A stretch of 64,000 nt of DNA from Candidatus Methanoperedenaceae archaeon. GTDB lineage: Archaea; Halobacteriota; Methanosarcinia; Methanosarcinales; Methanoperedenaceae. Location of the stretch: NCBI GenBank assembly GCA_963753595.1, contig CAVWCX010000019.1, positions 1-64,000 of the forward strand, read 5' to 3'. The translations under genes were made by a program, and so were the position numbers. How positions within the stretch are numbered: the stretch's first letter is position 1; every line of letters begins with the position of its first letter. Under the pieces are notes generated by a model. The model saw only the letters and a program-made list of their open reading frames with translations, was not told where the DNA came from and made no database searches. This document shows, piece after piece, positions 20,053 through 33,180 of this stretch.

Positions 20053-20862
20053 ATGCAAGAGCTTTCAAAAAAGAAATTTGAAGAGGAATATTCATCCTGG
20101 ATAAGCTCTGCTGCTAAAGATATTGCCTTTTCTTTGAAGCGGTTAAAAACAAAAGATATTAAAAAAATAATTACACGCAATGAGCAGTACCTGGAAAAAC
20201 CGGAGTCTGTTTTTGGTACAATTGGCCTTGATCAGGTTAAAAAGTTAACTCCTGAAAATATATTATTCCTTTCAACGGATGCGATCGTCTTCTCGCAGAG
20301 CATCTTTGCTCCGTTTCCCGGCGTTTTTGATTATGCTGTCGCCCTGAACAGGCGTTATTATATCGAAGGTTCATGGTATTCAATAATTACGCTTAATACA
20401 AAATATATAGAGGAAGCTAGTGAGACTATATTAAAATATGCGATCAATCATGAACTTTTGCAAAAAGAAATTTATGAGGAAAATATGAGGAATGGTATCC
20501 GTAAATTCAGTCCTGAAGAGAAGCGAAAGATCAGCAATGACACATTGAATAAAGCGATTGAAAGCTCAGGGATCACGCCTGATGAGATCATGATGGAAAA
20601 GGAACTGATGCTGAAAATATCCTCAAATTCTCCCCTTATCCCGAAACCATTTGCTGAAACAGCGCTTTTCCATTATGTTGTAAAGAATCTTGAGGATTTA
20701 AAGGATTTTCGCGAAAAGAGCGCAACTGAAAAAGAAGATACAATTGGAAAGAAGTTGAACGCCGATTTTAAGGAATGGCTTGATTTTTCAACTGATACAT
20801 ACAGGAAATTCCTCGGGGAAGTCAAGAAAGAATTGAACTATATGGATTACGGATACGCATGA
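20053..20862 (+). CDS. Hypothetical protein (degenerate zincin-like HELLQ segment)
   Basis: Long ORF whose stop overlaps the next start (ATGA coupling). Confidence 0.7.
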   Translation: MQELSKKKFEEEYSSWISSAAKDIAFSLKRLKTKDIKKIITRNEQYLEKPESVFGTIGLDQVKKLTPENILFLSTDAIVFSQSIFAPFPGVFDYAVALNRRYYIEGSWYSIITLNTKYIEEASETILKYAINHELLQKEIYEENMRNGIRKFSPEEKRKISNDTLNKAIESSGITPDEIMMEKELMLKISSNSPLIPKPFAETALFHYVVKNLEDLKDFREKSATEKEDTIGKKLNADFKEWLDFSTDTYRKFLGEVKKELNYMDYGYA

Positions 20863-21407
20863 AGATAATAGTACTTTCTGATACACATATAAAATCAGGA
20901 TCTATCACCGAAGCTCTTCCAGCAGGGCTTGTTAAATTGATCAAAGAGGCAGACAGGGTAATTCATGCAGGGGATTTTGTCACCAAAAAGGCCTATGAGG
21001 AACTTTCAGGCATCTGCAATCTTTGCGCTGTTTATGGGAACATGGATGAGATGAGTTTAAAGAAAATGCTTCCGGATAGGAAAATCATAGAAGTTGATGG
21101 CATCAAAATAGGAATAATACATGAGGCTGCACTCTCTATCCATGATACTACAGGGCCGCGTTACATGGCAAAAGAAATGGGTGTGGATGTCCTTGTATTC
21201 GGACATCTCCATAAACCAGTGATCGATAAAAGCGATGTGCTTCTTTTGTGCCCTGGAAGTCCCACAGCGCCGAGATTATCTGAACCGGGTGTAATTGAGC
21301 TGATCATTGAGAATGGTAATATATCTGGAAAAGTTATCAAGCTTGAAGGGCCGCGATGCGGGGCGCTTGAGAGTATGACAAATTTTAAAAAAGATAAAAA
21401 AAAATAG
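20859..21407 (+). CDS. Metallophosphoesterase (YfcE/MJ0936 family)
   Basis: LSDTH, IHAGD, YGNMD, FGHLH, PGS. Confidence 0.92.
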   Translation: MKIIVLSDTHIKSGSITEALPAGLVKLIKEADRVIHAGDFVTKKAYEELSGICNLCAVYGNMDEMSLKKMLPDRKIIEVDGIKIGIIHEAALSIHDTTGPRYMAKEMGVDVLVFGHLHKPVIDKSDVLLLCPGSPTAPRLSEPGVIELIIENGNISGKVIKLEGPRCGALESMTNFKKDKKK

Positions 21408-21410
21408 AGA

Positions 21411-21566
21411 TCAAGTGACAGGTCTTCGTCCCTGTATGATCCTGACCAGCACTACTATAACAGCAATGACCAGCAATATATGAATTAAGCTGCCTACTGT
21501 ACCGATAGCAATTCCTAATGCCCATAGAACCAGCAGAATCACAACTATTGTTGTTAATAGGTCCAT
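21411..21566 (-). CDS. Small two-TM membrane protein (lmo0937/DUF5670-like), 51 aa
   Basis: Manual translation MDLLTTIVVILLVLWALGIAIGTVGSLIHILLVIAVIVVLVRIIQGRRPVT; GGAGGT RBS upstream. Confidence 0.85.
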   Translation of the reverse strand: MDLLTTIVVILLVLWALGIAIGTVGSLIHILLVIAVIVVLVRIIQGRRPVT

Positions 21567-21647
21567 TTTATAACCTCCCAATATAGATTATAGAATTACT
21601 AATATATAAACATTAGTGGATAATACGATTATTCAACAAAAATAAAC

Positions 21648-21687
21648 ATCAATATGGATTCCTTCAATATGTGGAAGCCATATTGAT
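21648..21687. terminator. Stem-loop downstream of groEL
   Basis: ATCAATATGGATTCC / GGAAGCCATATTGAT, 14 of 15 bp complementary. Confidence 0.45.
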
Positions 21688-21710
21688 AATAGCAACTTTG
21701 TGTAAAGTTA

Positions 21711-23339
<1,629 letters not shown>

Positions 23340-23612
23340 TTACGCCTCTAACTTTGCGACTACATCCTTTGTTTCAAGTATGAGATATTTTTCCCCGTCC
23401 ATTTCCAGTTCTTCGGAACTGTAGCCCGTATATAATATTACATCACCCTTCTTTACAGGGAATTCTTTTTCTTCGACAGTTCCCACTTCAACTACTATCC
23501 CCTGCTTTTTCTTTTCCTTCGCGCTTTCGGGAATATATATCCCGCCTTTAGTTCGTTCTTCTTCCTTTACAGGTTTAATTAAAACTCTTTTACCTATTGG
23601 TTTTATTTTCAT
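23340..23612 (-). CDS. groES: Co-chaperonin GroES
   Basis: KPIGKRVLI, TKGGIYIPESAKEK. Confidence 0.95.
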   Translation of the reverse strand: MKIKPIGKRVLIKPVKEEERTKGGIYIPESAKEKKKQGIVVEVGTVEEKEFPVKKGDVILYTGYSSEELEMDGEKYLILETKDVVAKLEA

Positions 23613-23841
23613 ATTCAGCAATCTCCATTGAATTCAATAACGATACAAATCCAGATTTGTAAGGAGTTTTTCATTGTTTGCGGTTCTATATAAATTTTTC
23701 TATTAGCTATGAATAAAATCAATACTGGTATGGATGATATGTAACATAAATCAGGTTGTTGACTATAATGATATTAATGATATTTTTGAAATATTGAAAT
23801 AGTTAATTTTAAAATGTATTGATTTAGATATAGAGAGTTAT

Positions 23842-25047
23842 ATGAAAGCTTTAATTCTTGCAGCTGGAGAGGGATTAAGATGCCGCCCTCTCACTTTGAC
23901 CCGATCAAAGGTCATGCTTCCGGTCGCAAACAGGCCTATCCTTGAATATATTATCAGGGCACTTTCGCAAAACGACCTGAAAGAAATAATCCTGGTCGTA
24001 GGATATAAAAAAGAGCGTATAATGGATTATTTCAGAAATGGTAAAGATTTCGGGGTAAACATCAGTTATATTGAACAGGAGGCTCAACTCGGAACAGCTC
24101 ATGCAGTAAAGCTTGCAGAGCCAATGGTCAATGAAAAGTTCCTCGTTCTCAATGGGGATAACCTTATAGATTCAGGAACGATCCACGACCTGATAAAAGG
24201 GGCATCCGGGGATGTAACGCTTCTTACCGCAATGCGTGAACAGACAACAGGATATGGTGTGATCTTACTTGACAAAGGAAAAGTTTCACGAATAATCGAA
24301 AAGCCCCGTGATAAAGTAAGTCATCTTATTAATACCGGGATATACATGTTCTCATCTTCGATATTTGGTGAAATAGATAAAACCCCTATCTCTGAGACAG
24401 GGGAATATGCAATAACAGATACGATCCAGAGGATTATTGACAATGGCGCTAATGTCACAAATATAACCACAAAAGGTACATGGATCGATGCTGTACACTC
24501 ATGGGACCTGTTGAAAGCAAACTCAATATTCCTTGGAAAAATTGAAGAAAGAAAAGCAGGGTCCATCGAGAAAGGTGCAGTAATAATCGGTGATGTAGCT
24601 ATCGGGGATAATTCAGTTATCAGGTCTGGAAGTTATATTGTTGGTCCGGTAATTATCGGGAAGAATTGTAATATAGGTCCAAATACCACCATTTTACCTT
24701 CAACCGCCGTGGGTGATAATTGTACTATTAATTCATTCACCGAAATTGAAAATAGTATTATCATGAATGATGTGCGTATCGGCGCGGGTTCATATGTATC
24801 AAATTCCATTATTGGGGGCAATAATATTATCGGCCCCCATTTTGTTGCTGAGGTGAGAAAGGATCTGAAGATCGAAATGAAGGGTATACTTCATAGCGCA
24901 GATGAACTGGGAACTGTTATTGGAGACCATAACATCATCGGACCATCTGTACTTGTAAAAGCTGGAAAAATGATCGCAACAGGCTGTGCTGTTGATCCGG
25001 GAGTCAGGGTTACAAAAGACCTGCCTCCGGGTTCGACTGTTCTGTGA
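23842..25047 (+). CDS. glmU: Bifunctional sugar-1-phosphate nucleotidylyltransferase/acetyltransferase (archaeal GlmU)
   Basis: LAAGEGLR, QLGTAHA, LNGD, C-terminal hexapeptide repeats. Confidence 0.88.
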   Translation: MKALILAAGEGLRCRPLTLTRSKVMLPVANRPILEYIIRALSQNDLKEIILVVGYKKERIMDYFRNGKDFGVNISYIEQEAQLGTAHAVKLAEPMVNEKFLVLNGDNLIDSGTIHDLIKGASGDVTLLTAMREQTTGYGVILLDKGKVSRIIEKPRDKVSHLINTGIYMFSSSIFGEIDKTPISETGEYAITDTIQRIIDNGANVTNITTKGTWIDAVHSWDLLKANSIFLGKIEERKAGSIEKGAVIIGDVAIGDNSVIRSGSYIVGPVIIGKNCNIGPNTTILPSTAVGDNCTINSFTEIENSIIMNDVRIGAGSYVSNSIIGGNNIIGPHFVAEVRKDLKIEMKGILHSADELGTVIGDHNIIGPSVLVKAGKMIATGCAVDPGVRVTKDLPPGSTVL

Positions 25048-25056
25048 GGCAAAAAA

Positions 25057-26871
25057 ATGTGCGGGATAGTAGGATACGTCGGGACAAGACAGGCAACTCC
25101 CATACTTATAGATGCGTTAAAAAGGCTTGAGTACAGGGGATATGATTCTGCAGGCCTTGCAATATTAACAGATAACGGGATATCGGTATGTAAAACAGAA
25201 GGAAAAATAGCTGACCTTGAAACAAAACTTCCTGATATGAAAGGAACATGCGGTATCGGGCACACCCGCTGGGCAACACAGGGCGCGCCAACCACGATCA
25301 ATGCGCATCCGCATGTTTCAGGAAATATTGCGGTAGTCCACAATGGAATTATTGAGAACTACCAGGAATTGTATGACTGGTTGAAATCCGAAGGATATGA
25401 ATTTGTGTCGGAAACAGATACTGAAGTGCTTGCACACCTCGCCCATAAGTATTATAAGGGAGACCTTGTCAATGCTGTCATTGAAGGCCTGAAGAAAGTA
25501 AAAGGCTCATACGCAGCTGCGTACTTATGCAGCGATTCAAAGACAGTGGTCGCGGCAAGAAAAGAAAGCCCTCTTGTCGCAGGTTTTGGAAAAGGTGAAA
25601 ATTTCATAGCTTCGGATGTTACTGCATTATTGAAGAATACAAGAGATGTGGTCCATATGCAGGATTTTGAGGTCGTGCAGTTGACCGGGGAAGGGATGCA
25701 GTTTTTTGATTTTAATGGAAATCCTGTCAAAAAGAAAAGTGAGACCATAGAATGGAACATTGAAGCAGCTGAGAAATCAGGATACCCGCATTTCATGTTA
25801 AAAGAGATACACGAACAGGTCACATCAATTCATGATACCCTTTTGGGCAGGATATCAGAACTGAGCGGCGATGTAATTCTCGGCGAGGTCACGCTTTCCA
25901 CTGATGAGATAAAGAACCTCGGAAGGATCGTGATCATTGCCTGCGGGACATCTTATAATGCAGGGCTTCTTGGAAGATATCTTTTTGAATCATTAGCAGG
26001 AATACATACGGATGTGGAAATAAGCTCGGAATTCAGGTATGCAAATCCCGTGCTTTCGGAATCCACGCTTGTAATAGCCATATCGCAGTCAGGTGAGACT
26101 GCAGATACAATAGCAGCAACAAGAGAAGCAAAGACCTACGGATGCCACACCCTGGCAATAACGAACGTGGTAGGCACAACGCTTTCCCACGAAGTCGATA
26201 ATATTGTTTATACAAGAGCTGGTCCTGAAATAGGCGTTGCGGCAACCAAGACTTTTACATCCCAGCTCATTGCCCTGTATTTACTTTCCATCTATTTTGC
26301 GCGAAAGAGGAAAAAAATGGATGTTGACAGGTCAAAACGCCTTCTGGTTTCAATGAAACAACTTCCGGGCATGATCCAGCAGATCCTGAATAACAAGGAA
26401 TTCATACAGAAACAGGCTATCCGGTTCTCAAAAGCAAGGGATTATTTCTTTTTAGGAAGATCCCTGAATTTCCCGATAGCGCTTGAAGGCGCCCTTAAGC
26501 TCAAGGAGATTTCCTATATCCATGCGGAAGGGTATGCGGCCGGCGAATTGAAACATGGGCCTCTGGCTCTTATTTCAAAGGAGACCCCGGTAGTAGCGCT
26601 TGCAACAAGATCATCCACTTATGATAAGATGGTGAACAACATAAAAGAAGTGAAAGCTCGAAGCGCACAGGTCATTGCAATAGCATGCATGGATGATACG
26701 GAAATTGAAAAATACGTGGATGTGGTCATAAAGGTCCCGGTAGCGGATGAACTGCTTTATCCTGTCCTCTCATCTGTCGTAGTACAACTTCTTGCTTATA
26801 ACAGCGCTGATGCACTAAATTGCCCTATCGATAAACCCAGGAACCTTGCAAAAAGCGTAACGGTGGAATGA
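25057..26871 (+). CDS. glmS: Glutamine--fructose-6-phosphate aminotransferase
   Basis: [42 protein letters not shown]. Confidence 0.98.
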   Translation: MCGIVGYVGTRQATPILIDALKRLEYRGYDSAGLAILTDNGISVCKTEGKIADLETKLPDMKGTCGIGHTRWATQGAPTTINAHPHVSGNIAVVHNGIIENYQELYDWLKSEGYEFVSETDTEVLAHLAHKYYKGDLVNAVIEGLKKVKGSYAAAYLCSDSKTVVAARKESPLVAGFGKGENFIASDVTALLKNTRDVVHMQDFEVVQLTGEGMQFFDFNGNPVKKKSETIEWNIEAAEKSGYPHFMLKEIHEQVTSIHDTLLGRISELSGDVILGEVTLSTDEIKNLGRIVIIACGTSYNAGLLGRYLFESLAGIHTDVEISSEFRYANPVLSESTLVIAISQSGETADTIAATREAKTYGCHTLAITNVVGTTLSHEVDNIVYTRAGPEIGVAATKTFTSQLIALYLLSIYFARKRKKMDVDRSKRLLVSMKQLPGMIQQILNNKEFIQKQAIRFSKARDYFFLGRSLNFPIALEGALKLKEISYIHAEGYAAGELKHGPLALISKETPVVALATRSSTYDKMVNNIKEVKARSAQVIAIACMDDTEIEKYVDVVIKVPVADELLYPVLSSVVVQLLAYNSADALNCPIDKPRNLAKSVTVE

Positions 26872-26872
26872 C

Positions 26873-28165
26873 ATGTCTTTATTTGGTTCATCAGGGATAA
26901 GAGGTCTTGCGAATAAGGAGATCACACCTGAGCTTGCACTTTCGGTCGGGCTTGCTGTGGGTTCGCTTCATGGATCGGCTGTAATAGCGCGTGACCCCAG
27001 GACATCAGGAGAAATGATCGAGCATGCTGTTATATCAGGGCTTCTGTCTGCCGGATGCAGTGTGACGCGAGTCGGAATGGTACCCACGCCCACTCTTGCA
27101 TATGCTGCAAGAAATTTTAGCTGTGGCATCATGATAACGGCATCGCATAATCCTTCGCAATACTGCGGCATAAAACTCTGGAACAGGGATGGTATCGCAT
27201 TTGATTCCAGGCAGCAGGATGAGATTGAATCGATAATAAAAGATAAAACCTGGAAGACCGCAGAATGGCAAAATATCGGAAATGTTTTCCAGGCTGAAGC
27301 AATTGAGGACCATTCAAAGATGATACTCAGTAAAGCAGGACGTGCCTCCTTGAAAGTGGTCGTTGACTGCGGATGCGGCGCAGCTTCCGTAATAACACCT
27401 TATGTCCTGCGCCGTATGGGCTGCACCGTTATAACCCTTAATTCCCAGCCCGATGGATTTTTCCCCGCAAGGGATCCCGAACCGATCGAGAAGAACCTGG
27501 AATTGTTGAAAAAGGCCACCCTGGCATTTGGCGCTGATCTTGGCATTGCGCACGATGGCGATGCTGACCGGATGATGGCTGTTGACGGGAAAGGCAGGTA
27601 CGTAGAAGGGGATAAGCTTCTTGCGTTTTTCGGCATCCGTGAAACTAAACACAGTATTGTTTTGCCTGTTGACACCTCAATTATGGTCGATGATGTCCTC
27701 AAAGGCAGGATTGTCTATCGAACGCGGGTTGGCGATGTATATGTTGCGGAAGAATTGAAAAAGAGAAATGCCGAATTCGGAGGTGAGCCGTCAGGCAGCT
27801 GGATATTCCCCGGGATCTCTTTGTGTCCGGATGGTATCCTTGCGGCAGCAAAGCTTGTTGAGATCGTGCAGAGGGAGGGAAGGCTTGATGCCCTGATAGA
27901 TGAACTTCCGGCATATCCCATGCTGCGGGGATCTGTCCTGTGCAGTAATGAAACTAAAGGAGCAGCAATGAAAAAGATCGCGAAGTCATTAAGGAAAATA
28001 GGAGAGGTCACAGATATCGATGGAATTAGGGTTGATGCTGATAATGGGTGGATACTCGTGCGCCCCAGCGGGACTGAACCCAAAATAAGAATAACCGCAG
28101 AGGCGAGAAAGGGTGTGGAAGAATTGTTTGCAAAAGCAGAACGGCTGGTAAAGGAGTCGCTGTGA
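26873..28165 (+). CDS. glmM: Phosphoglucosamine mutase
   Basis: [27 protein letters not shown]. Confidence 0.92.
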   Translation: MSLFGSSGIRGLANKEITPELALSVGLAVGSLHGSAVIARDPRTSGEMIEHAVISGLLSAGCSVTRVGMVPTPTLAYAARNFSCGIMITASHNPSQYCGIKLWNRDGIAFDSRQQDEIESIIKDKTWKTAEWQNIGNVFQAEAIEDHSKMILSKAGRASLKVVVDCGCGAASVITPYVLRRMGCTVITLNSQPDGFFPARDPEPIEKNLELLKKATLAFGADLGIAHDGDADRMMAVDGKGRYVEGDKLLAFFGIRETKHSIVLPVDTSIMVDDVLKGRIVYRTRVGDVYVAEELKKRNAEFGGEPSGSWIFPGISLCPDGILAAAKLVEIVQREGRLDALIDELPAYPMLRGSVLCSNETKGAAMKKIAKSLRKIGEVTDIDGIRVDADNGWILVRPSGTEPKIRITAEARKGVEELFAKAERLVKESL

Positions 28166-29352
28166 AGGCTGTAATTCTTGCGGCTGGCCAGGGTACAAGA
28201 ATGGGGCCGCTCACCCGGAATATCCCAAAAGTAATGTTGCCAATAGCGAACAAACCACTCCTTTTACATGTGATCCAATCGGCGCATGATGCAGGGATCA
28301 GGGAATTTGTACTTGTTGTCGGGTATGGCGAACAACTTATTAAAGACTATTTCAAAGATGGGTCTCTTTTTGATGTCAGCATAGAATATGTCCACCAGGA
28401 TAAACAGATGGGTACTGCTGATGCTGTTGGCTCGGCAAAGGGAATGGTTGGTGAGCGCTTTGTGGTATTGAACGGGGATATAATAGTAGATCCGGCACAT
28501 ATAAAGAAACTGATAGAATGCAGTTATGATGTGGTAATGACAGCAAGGCATGTTGATAATCCCTCCGAGTATGGTGTCCTTGAAGTTCAGGGTTCCAGGG
28601 TTTTGCAGATCATTGAAAAGCCCCTGGATCCGCCAACAAATCTTGCCAATGCAGGAATATACGTATTTCCATTTTCAATATTCGATTCCATAAGTATTAC
28701 CCCACTTTCAGTCCGAAAGGAATATGAAATAACGGATTCACTCCAGATACTCATCGATAAAGGAACTGATGTTGGTTTTCTTACACTTTCCGATAAATGG
28801 ATGGATATCGGAAGACCTTGGGAACTTCTTGATGCCAATGAATATTTCCTGTCTGGTTTACAACCAGAAGTCTCCGGGAAGATAGAACCGTTCGCGACAT
28901 TAAAAGGCAGTGTTTCCGTCGGTGAGGGCACGATCATAAGAAATGGTTCATACATCATTGGACCTGTCATTATCGGTAAGAATTGCGATATTGGCCCAAA
29001 TTGCTATATCCGCCCGGGCACAAGTATTGGAGACAAAGTTCGTATCGGAAATGCTGTTGAAATCAAGAATAGCATTGTAATGAATGGGACGCATATCGGG
29101 CATCTGAGTTATGTGGGTGACAGCATAATCGGGGAAAGATGCAATTTCGGCGCAGGGACAAAGGTCGCAAATTTAAGGCATGATGGCAGGACAATTCGCG
29201 TAACATTAAAAGGAAAACTTATAGATTCAGGAAGAAGAAAACTTGGAACTATCATGGGGGATGATGTTCATACCGGCATTAATAGCATGATAAACGTAGG
29301 CGCTGTTGTTGAAAGTAAAGCAATGATCGCCCCCGGGGAATTAGTAAAATAA
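28162..29352 (+). CDS. glmU: Second archaeal GlmU paralog
   Basis: [28 protein letters not shown]. Confidence 0.9.
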   Translation: MKAVILAAGQGTRMGPLTRNIPKVMLPIANKPLLLHVIQSAHDAGIREFVLVVGYGEQLIKDYFKDGSLFDVSIEYVHQDKQMGTADAVGSAKGMVGERFVVLNGDIIVDPAHIKKLIECSYDVVMTARHVDNPSEYGVLEVQGSRVLQIIEKPLDPPTNLANAGIYVFPFSIFDSISITPLSVRKEYEITDSLQILIDKGTDVGFLTLSDKWMDIGRPWELLDANEYFLSGLQPEVSGKIEPFATLKGSVSVGEGTIIRNGSYIIGPVIIGKNCDIGPNCYIRPGTSIGDKVRIGNAVEIKNSIVMNGTHIGHLSYVGDSIIGERCNFGAGTKVANLRHDGRTIRVTLKGKLIDSGRRKLGTIMGDDVHTGINSMINVGAVVESKAMIAPGELVK

Positions 29353-29417
29353 TATTAATAAAATATAATGATATTAATAAAATAATACGGGAGAAAATAA
29401 TAGAAATATTGTTATCT

Positions 29418-30047
29418 CTATGTTATTTTCTCTAACATTTCTGCAAAAGCAAGATTACCTGTGATCTTCTTGATCTTTATTTTTACAGTATCCCCTTTGA
29501 TAGTACCTGGTACATAAATCGTATACTTATCCTTTTTGGCAATGCCATCGCCTTTGCTTCCTACGGCATCAATTCTGACATCATAGGATTCGCCTTCAAC
29601 AAGCGCTTCTTCTTTGGCTATTAATGTAGCACGCCGTTTCGTTATCGGCCTATGTGCGCCGCAGGCATCACAACGTAATGTAAGGACCCTTTCTGTTTTC
29701 AGGAGGTGGGTATCGGGACGTCCGCATTCTGAGCAGGTTACATATTCCTTTACATATGCATTGATGAGTTCTGAAATCATGCCTGAAGTTATTCTTCTCT
29801 GGAATATAGCTCTTGAACCATCGATCTTGCCGGCTGTTCCAAGTTCCCGCAACAGGAATTTGAATATATGCGAAGACTCACGGTTCAATTTATCCACTAT
29901 CACAGCAAAATTTTCAAGTACTGTTGTCTTTCCTTCGGTTAAAAGTTTAGGCTCTGGGATAACAAAACGTTCTCCTGAGCTTTTTACTTCAGGCAAATGC
30001 TGTAATGCCCTGTCCAGATTTGACAAATAATCATTCATTGGGATCAA
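29418..30047 (-). CDS. eif2b: Translation initiation factor aIF-2 beta with C-terminal TRAM domain
   Basis: RELGTAG, zinc ribbon CSEC...CDAC, TRAM (GSKGDGIA). Confidence 0.93.
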   Translation of the reverse strand: MIPMNDYLSNLDRALQHLPEVKSSGERFVIPEPKLLTEGKTTVLENFAVIVDKLNRESSHIFKFLLRELGTAGKIDGSRAIFQRRITSGMISELINAYVKEYVTCSECGRPDTHLLKTERVLTLRCDACGAHRPITKRRATLIAKEEALVEGESYDVRIDAVGSKGDGIAKKDKYTIYVPGTIKGDTVKIKIKKITGNLAFAEMLEKIT

Positions 30048-30565
30048 GTAAGGACCAGTTCCTGGCCTTTTTCCACTACCAGCCTTATCGGAGTCGGTAA
30101 TTTATATCCAGCTGAGATCAATGATTTCTTTGCAAGTTTGAAATTGGCGGGAGTAACAAATACGCTCATGATCTCCTGGCCCCTTCTTACTCTTGCCGCT
30201 GTTCCGATAGCTTTTCCGAATGCCAGCCGCATTCCCTGCGATACACGGTCTGCACCTGCTCCTGTGGCCTGTTTATTCTCTCGGAGTACCTCATGCGGGT
30301 ATACCCTGATCTTTAAATGATAATTAGGCTGTCCTAAACTATCAAGCAATAGCCTGTTCGCTGCAATACGAGCTGATTCGAGAGCATTGTGCCTGATCTG
30401 GCATTCTTCTTTTGTCACAAGTGTCAGCTGGATCGGAAAATCCTCTGTTAAATTGCCCATGTCATAAGTCACTAATTTGCTACCCGGAACACCGCCCATG
30501 TATTCTCGTCTCGTATATGAGCGCTGGGTTATTTTCTTGTACATTCTTCCTGGTTTTCTTGCCAT
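30044..30565 (-). CDS. rpl10e: 50S ribosomal protein L10e (uL16)
   Basis: [33 protein letters not shown]. Confidence 0.97.
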   Translation of the reverse strand: MARKPGRMYKKITQRSYTRREYMGGVPGSKLVTYDMGNLTEDFPIQLTLVTKEECQIRHNALESARIAANRLLLDSLGQPNYHLKIRVYPHEVLRENKQATGAGADRVSQGMRLAFGKAIGTAARVRRGQEIMSVFVTPANFKLAKKSLISAGYKLPTPIRLVVEKGQELVLT

Positions 30566-30825
30566 TGAATAATCCTCCAATAATTATAATGTGCGTATTA
30601 AAATATATCACACGATTTCAGTTCCAGATGACTTTTTAGTTAATAAGCTTTATTGAAATAACAAAATTTGAATAGTAACATTCATTATTAATGAATACTA
30701 ATATAACTCAACGAATATAACTCAAGAAATGATAGAAGGTAAATTAATATATTTATATTAATTGTCATTATCAATAAATATAAATATATCAAACGAAAAT
30801 AAAGATTAGGGAGAGTTTACAATTT

Positions 30826-31701
30826 ATGGAACTTACACCAATACAAAAAGAGATATTAACAGCATTAATAAATTTATATAGGACAAAAAAACATGCAATA
30901 AAAGGGGAAGATATAGCAGAAGTCATCCAACGAAATCCGGGTACGGTCAGGAATCAAATGCAGTCATTGAAAGCACTTGGATTAGTTGAGGGTGTGCCCG
31001 GGCCCAAAGGAGGGTATAAGGCTACAGGGAACACGTATCGGGCGCTCAGCTTATCAGAAATGGATAAAGAGACGAATGTTCCTTTAAGACGGAATGATGA
31101 ATTAGTAGAGAATGCTACTGCAGCTGAAATAAGTTTCACGACCGTAAGGCATCCCGACCTGTGCAATGCCACAGTACATGTTATAGGAGATATTAGAAAA
31201 TTCGAAGTTGGAGATAATCTTGTAATAGGGCCGACACCAGTAAATAAATTAGTGATACGAGGATCTGTGATCGGCAGGGATGATACCCAGAATACGGTAT
31301 TATTTGTCATACAGGAAATGATATCTCTCCCCAAAAAACCCGTTAAGCACTATATAATTGAAAATCCCATCACAATTCCACCCGCAGCAACGATCCAGGA
31401 AGCCTCACGGATACTTGTTAAGAACAATATTCATGGCGCTCCGGTGAAAGACAAGGACGGGATCGTTGGTATAGTTACCCTGACAGATATCGGGAAAACG
31501 CTTGCAGATGGAAAAACAAGCCTGAAAATAAAAGACATTATGACAAAGGATATAATCTCCGTTGACGGTGATCTGCCCCTGTATGAGGTTGTTAAAGTAT
31601 TTAACAAAGAAAAGGTAGGGCGGCTGATGGTTAAAGTCAATGGGGAGCTTATAGGGCTTATCTCAAAAACAGACATACTAAGCAAACTTGCATTGTATTA
31701 G
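30826..31701 (+). CDS. HrcA-like HTH plus CBS-pair transcriptional regulator
   Basis: RNPGTVRNQMQSLKALGLVEGVPGPKGGY, C-terminal CBS pair. Confidence 0.88.
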   Translation: MELTPIQKEILTALINLYRTKKHAIKGEDIAEVIQRNPGTVRNQMQSLKALGLVEGVPGPKGGYKATGNTYRALSLSEMDKETNVPLRRNDELVENATAAEISFTTVRHPDLCNATVHVIGDIRKFEVGDNLVIGPTPVNKLVIRGSVIGRDDTQNTVLFVIQEMISLPKKPVKHYIIENPITIPPAATIQEASRILVKNNIHGAPVKDKDGIVGIVTLTDIGKTLADGKTSLKIKDIMTKDIISVDGDLPLYEVVKVFNKEKVGRLMVKVNGELIGLISKTDILSKLALY

Positions 31702-31751
31702 AGGAAACAGCATCATTTACGGGTGGAAATGCAAAAAGTAAATGATGGTGT

Positions 31752-32567
31752 TCATTGATGGACATGTGACATCCCATTTTCATCATCTTTTTTAAGCCTT
31801 TTTGTGATCTCAATGAGAGGATGTTTGGCATAATCAAGTATTTTTATGTCAGACAGCGTATGAAGACCTGATGACATAGCGGTTTTTTCCATACCAAGAT
31901 GAATATCATCACTTACCGGGATGACATAAGCATCCATGCTATTTATCCCGAGTTTTTTAGCTGCAATTACCCTGTGATGACCATCTACAAGAATCAATTT
32001 ATTCGTCTTTTTTATTACAACTATTGGCTCTGCCAGCCCTTTTTTTAATTCGTATATCCTTCCGTCAAGTTCATCTGCATATACTTTGGGCTGTGTGGGG
32101 ACAAGTTCATCGATATTTACCGATTCACGGATAACATCGACATGGATATTGTGGATGGCCTCAAGGGTCTTCTTGAGTGTCCAGACCTTTTGAGGGCTTG
32201 TCCTTTCAATATGCGAACGAATAACATCTGAATTTGTAATAATGCCACGAAGATGCCCGCTTGTATCAACAACAGGTAATTTTGATTTACCAGACCTGAA
32301 TATGACACGCGCCACGTCCCCCATATCCATTTCCGTATCTGCAACAAGAACATCCCGGCTCATTATACCGGAGATCTTTTCACCAAGCGCTTTTTCAAGG
32401 AGGCCAGACGCTGATACATATCCTGTTACCTTTCCATTTTCGACCACAGGAAATCCGTCATGCCCTGTTCTCCTTATAAGTTCGATAACTTCCTTGACCG
32501 TATTTTCAGGGGATACCGTATCTACTTCCGTTGTCATGTAGTTTTTAACTTTGGGGTGGTCTGTCAT
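31752..32567 (-). CDS. CBS-pair plus ParB/Srx-like domain protein
   Basis: HDGFPVV, KLPVVD, PTQ, LVDGHHR. Confidence 0.88.
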   Translation of the reverse strand: MTDHPKVKNYMTTEVDTVSPENTVKEVIELIRRTGHDGFPVVENGKVTGYVSASGLLEKALGEKISGIMSRDVLVADTEMDMGDVARVIFRSGKSKLPVVDTSGHLRGIITNSDVIRSHIERTSPQKVWTLKKTLEAIHNIHVDVIRESVNIDELVPTQPKVYADELDGRIYELKKGLAEPIVVIKKTNKLILVDGHHRVIAAKKLGINSMDAYVIPVSDDIHLGMEKTAMSSGLHTLSDIKILDYAKHPLIEITKRLKKDDENGMSHVHQ

Positions 32568-32602
32568 GGATTTATTAGTTAAATGGCTTCTTCCTTTTTA
32601 TA

Positions 32603-32632
32603 AATTTACATACTAATAATTTACATACTAAT
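32603..32632. repeat. Perfect 15-bp tandem duplication in a divergent promoter region
   Basis: AATTTACATACTAAT twice. Confidence 0.8.
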
Positions 32633-32673
32633 CTTTATTACCCATTGAAATCAACCTTTACGGGGTGAATTAT

Positions 32674-33180
32674 ATGAATGAACAAGACCGGGAGATTCTA
32701 AATATACTCAAAGAAGCGATTTCTATTGAAATCTATGGCAGGGAATATTATTCGATATTCAGTGAGCTGGTCGAAGATGAGAATGCAAAATCATTATTCA
32801 GGGGATTGTCAAGGGATGAGGGGGAACACAGGCAACTTCTTGAAAAACAATTCATGAAGGTCGCAGGCAAGTCTTTTGATATCAGTACGGTTGATGACAT
32901 AAACAAAGAAAAAGCAAAGCGCATATTCCCGGAATCCCTTGAACCCCTGGGCATACAAGAAACAAAAGATATACTCAAGCTTGGTATCAGGACTGAAGAA
33001 AGGTCAATTGAACTATATTCAAAAAGTGTAGAAAAAACCGATGATAAATCCAGCAAAGACCTTTTCTCAAGACTTGTACTTTTTGAAACTGAGCATAAGA
33101 AAACACTCAAGGATGCATTGTATTACCTTGAACAGGACGGGTCATGGTATGGATATTCCCCTCCCACAATTGAGGGTTAA
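32674..33180 (+). CDS. Ferritin-like/rubrerythrin family protein
   Basis: AISIExxGxxYY, DEGEH, EERSIELY, ETEH. Confidence 0.88.
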   Translation: MNEQDREILNILKEAISIEIYGREYYSIFSELVEDENAKSLFRGLSRDEGEHRQLLEKQFMKVAGKSFDISTVDDINKEKAKRIFPESLEPLGIQETKDILKLGIRTEERSIELYSKSVEKTDDKSSKDLFSRLVLFETEHKKTLKDALYYLEQDGSWYGYSPPTIEG

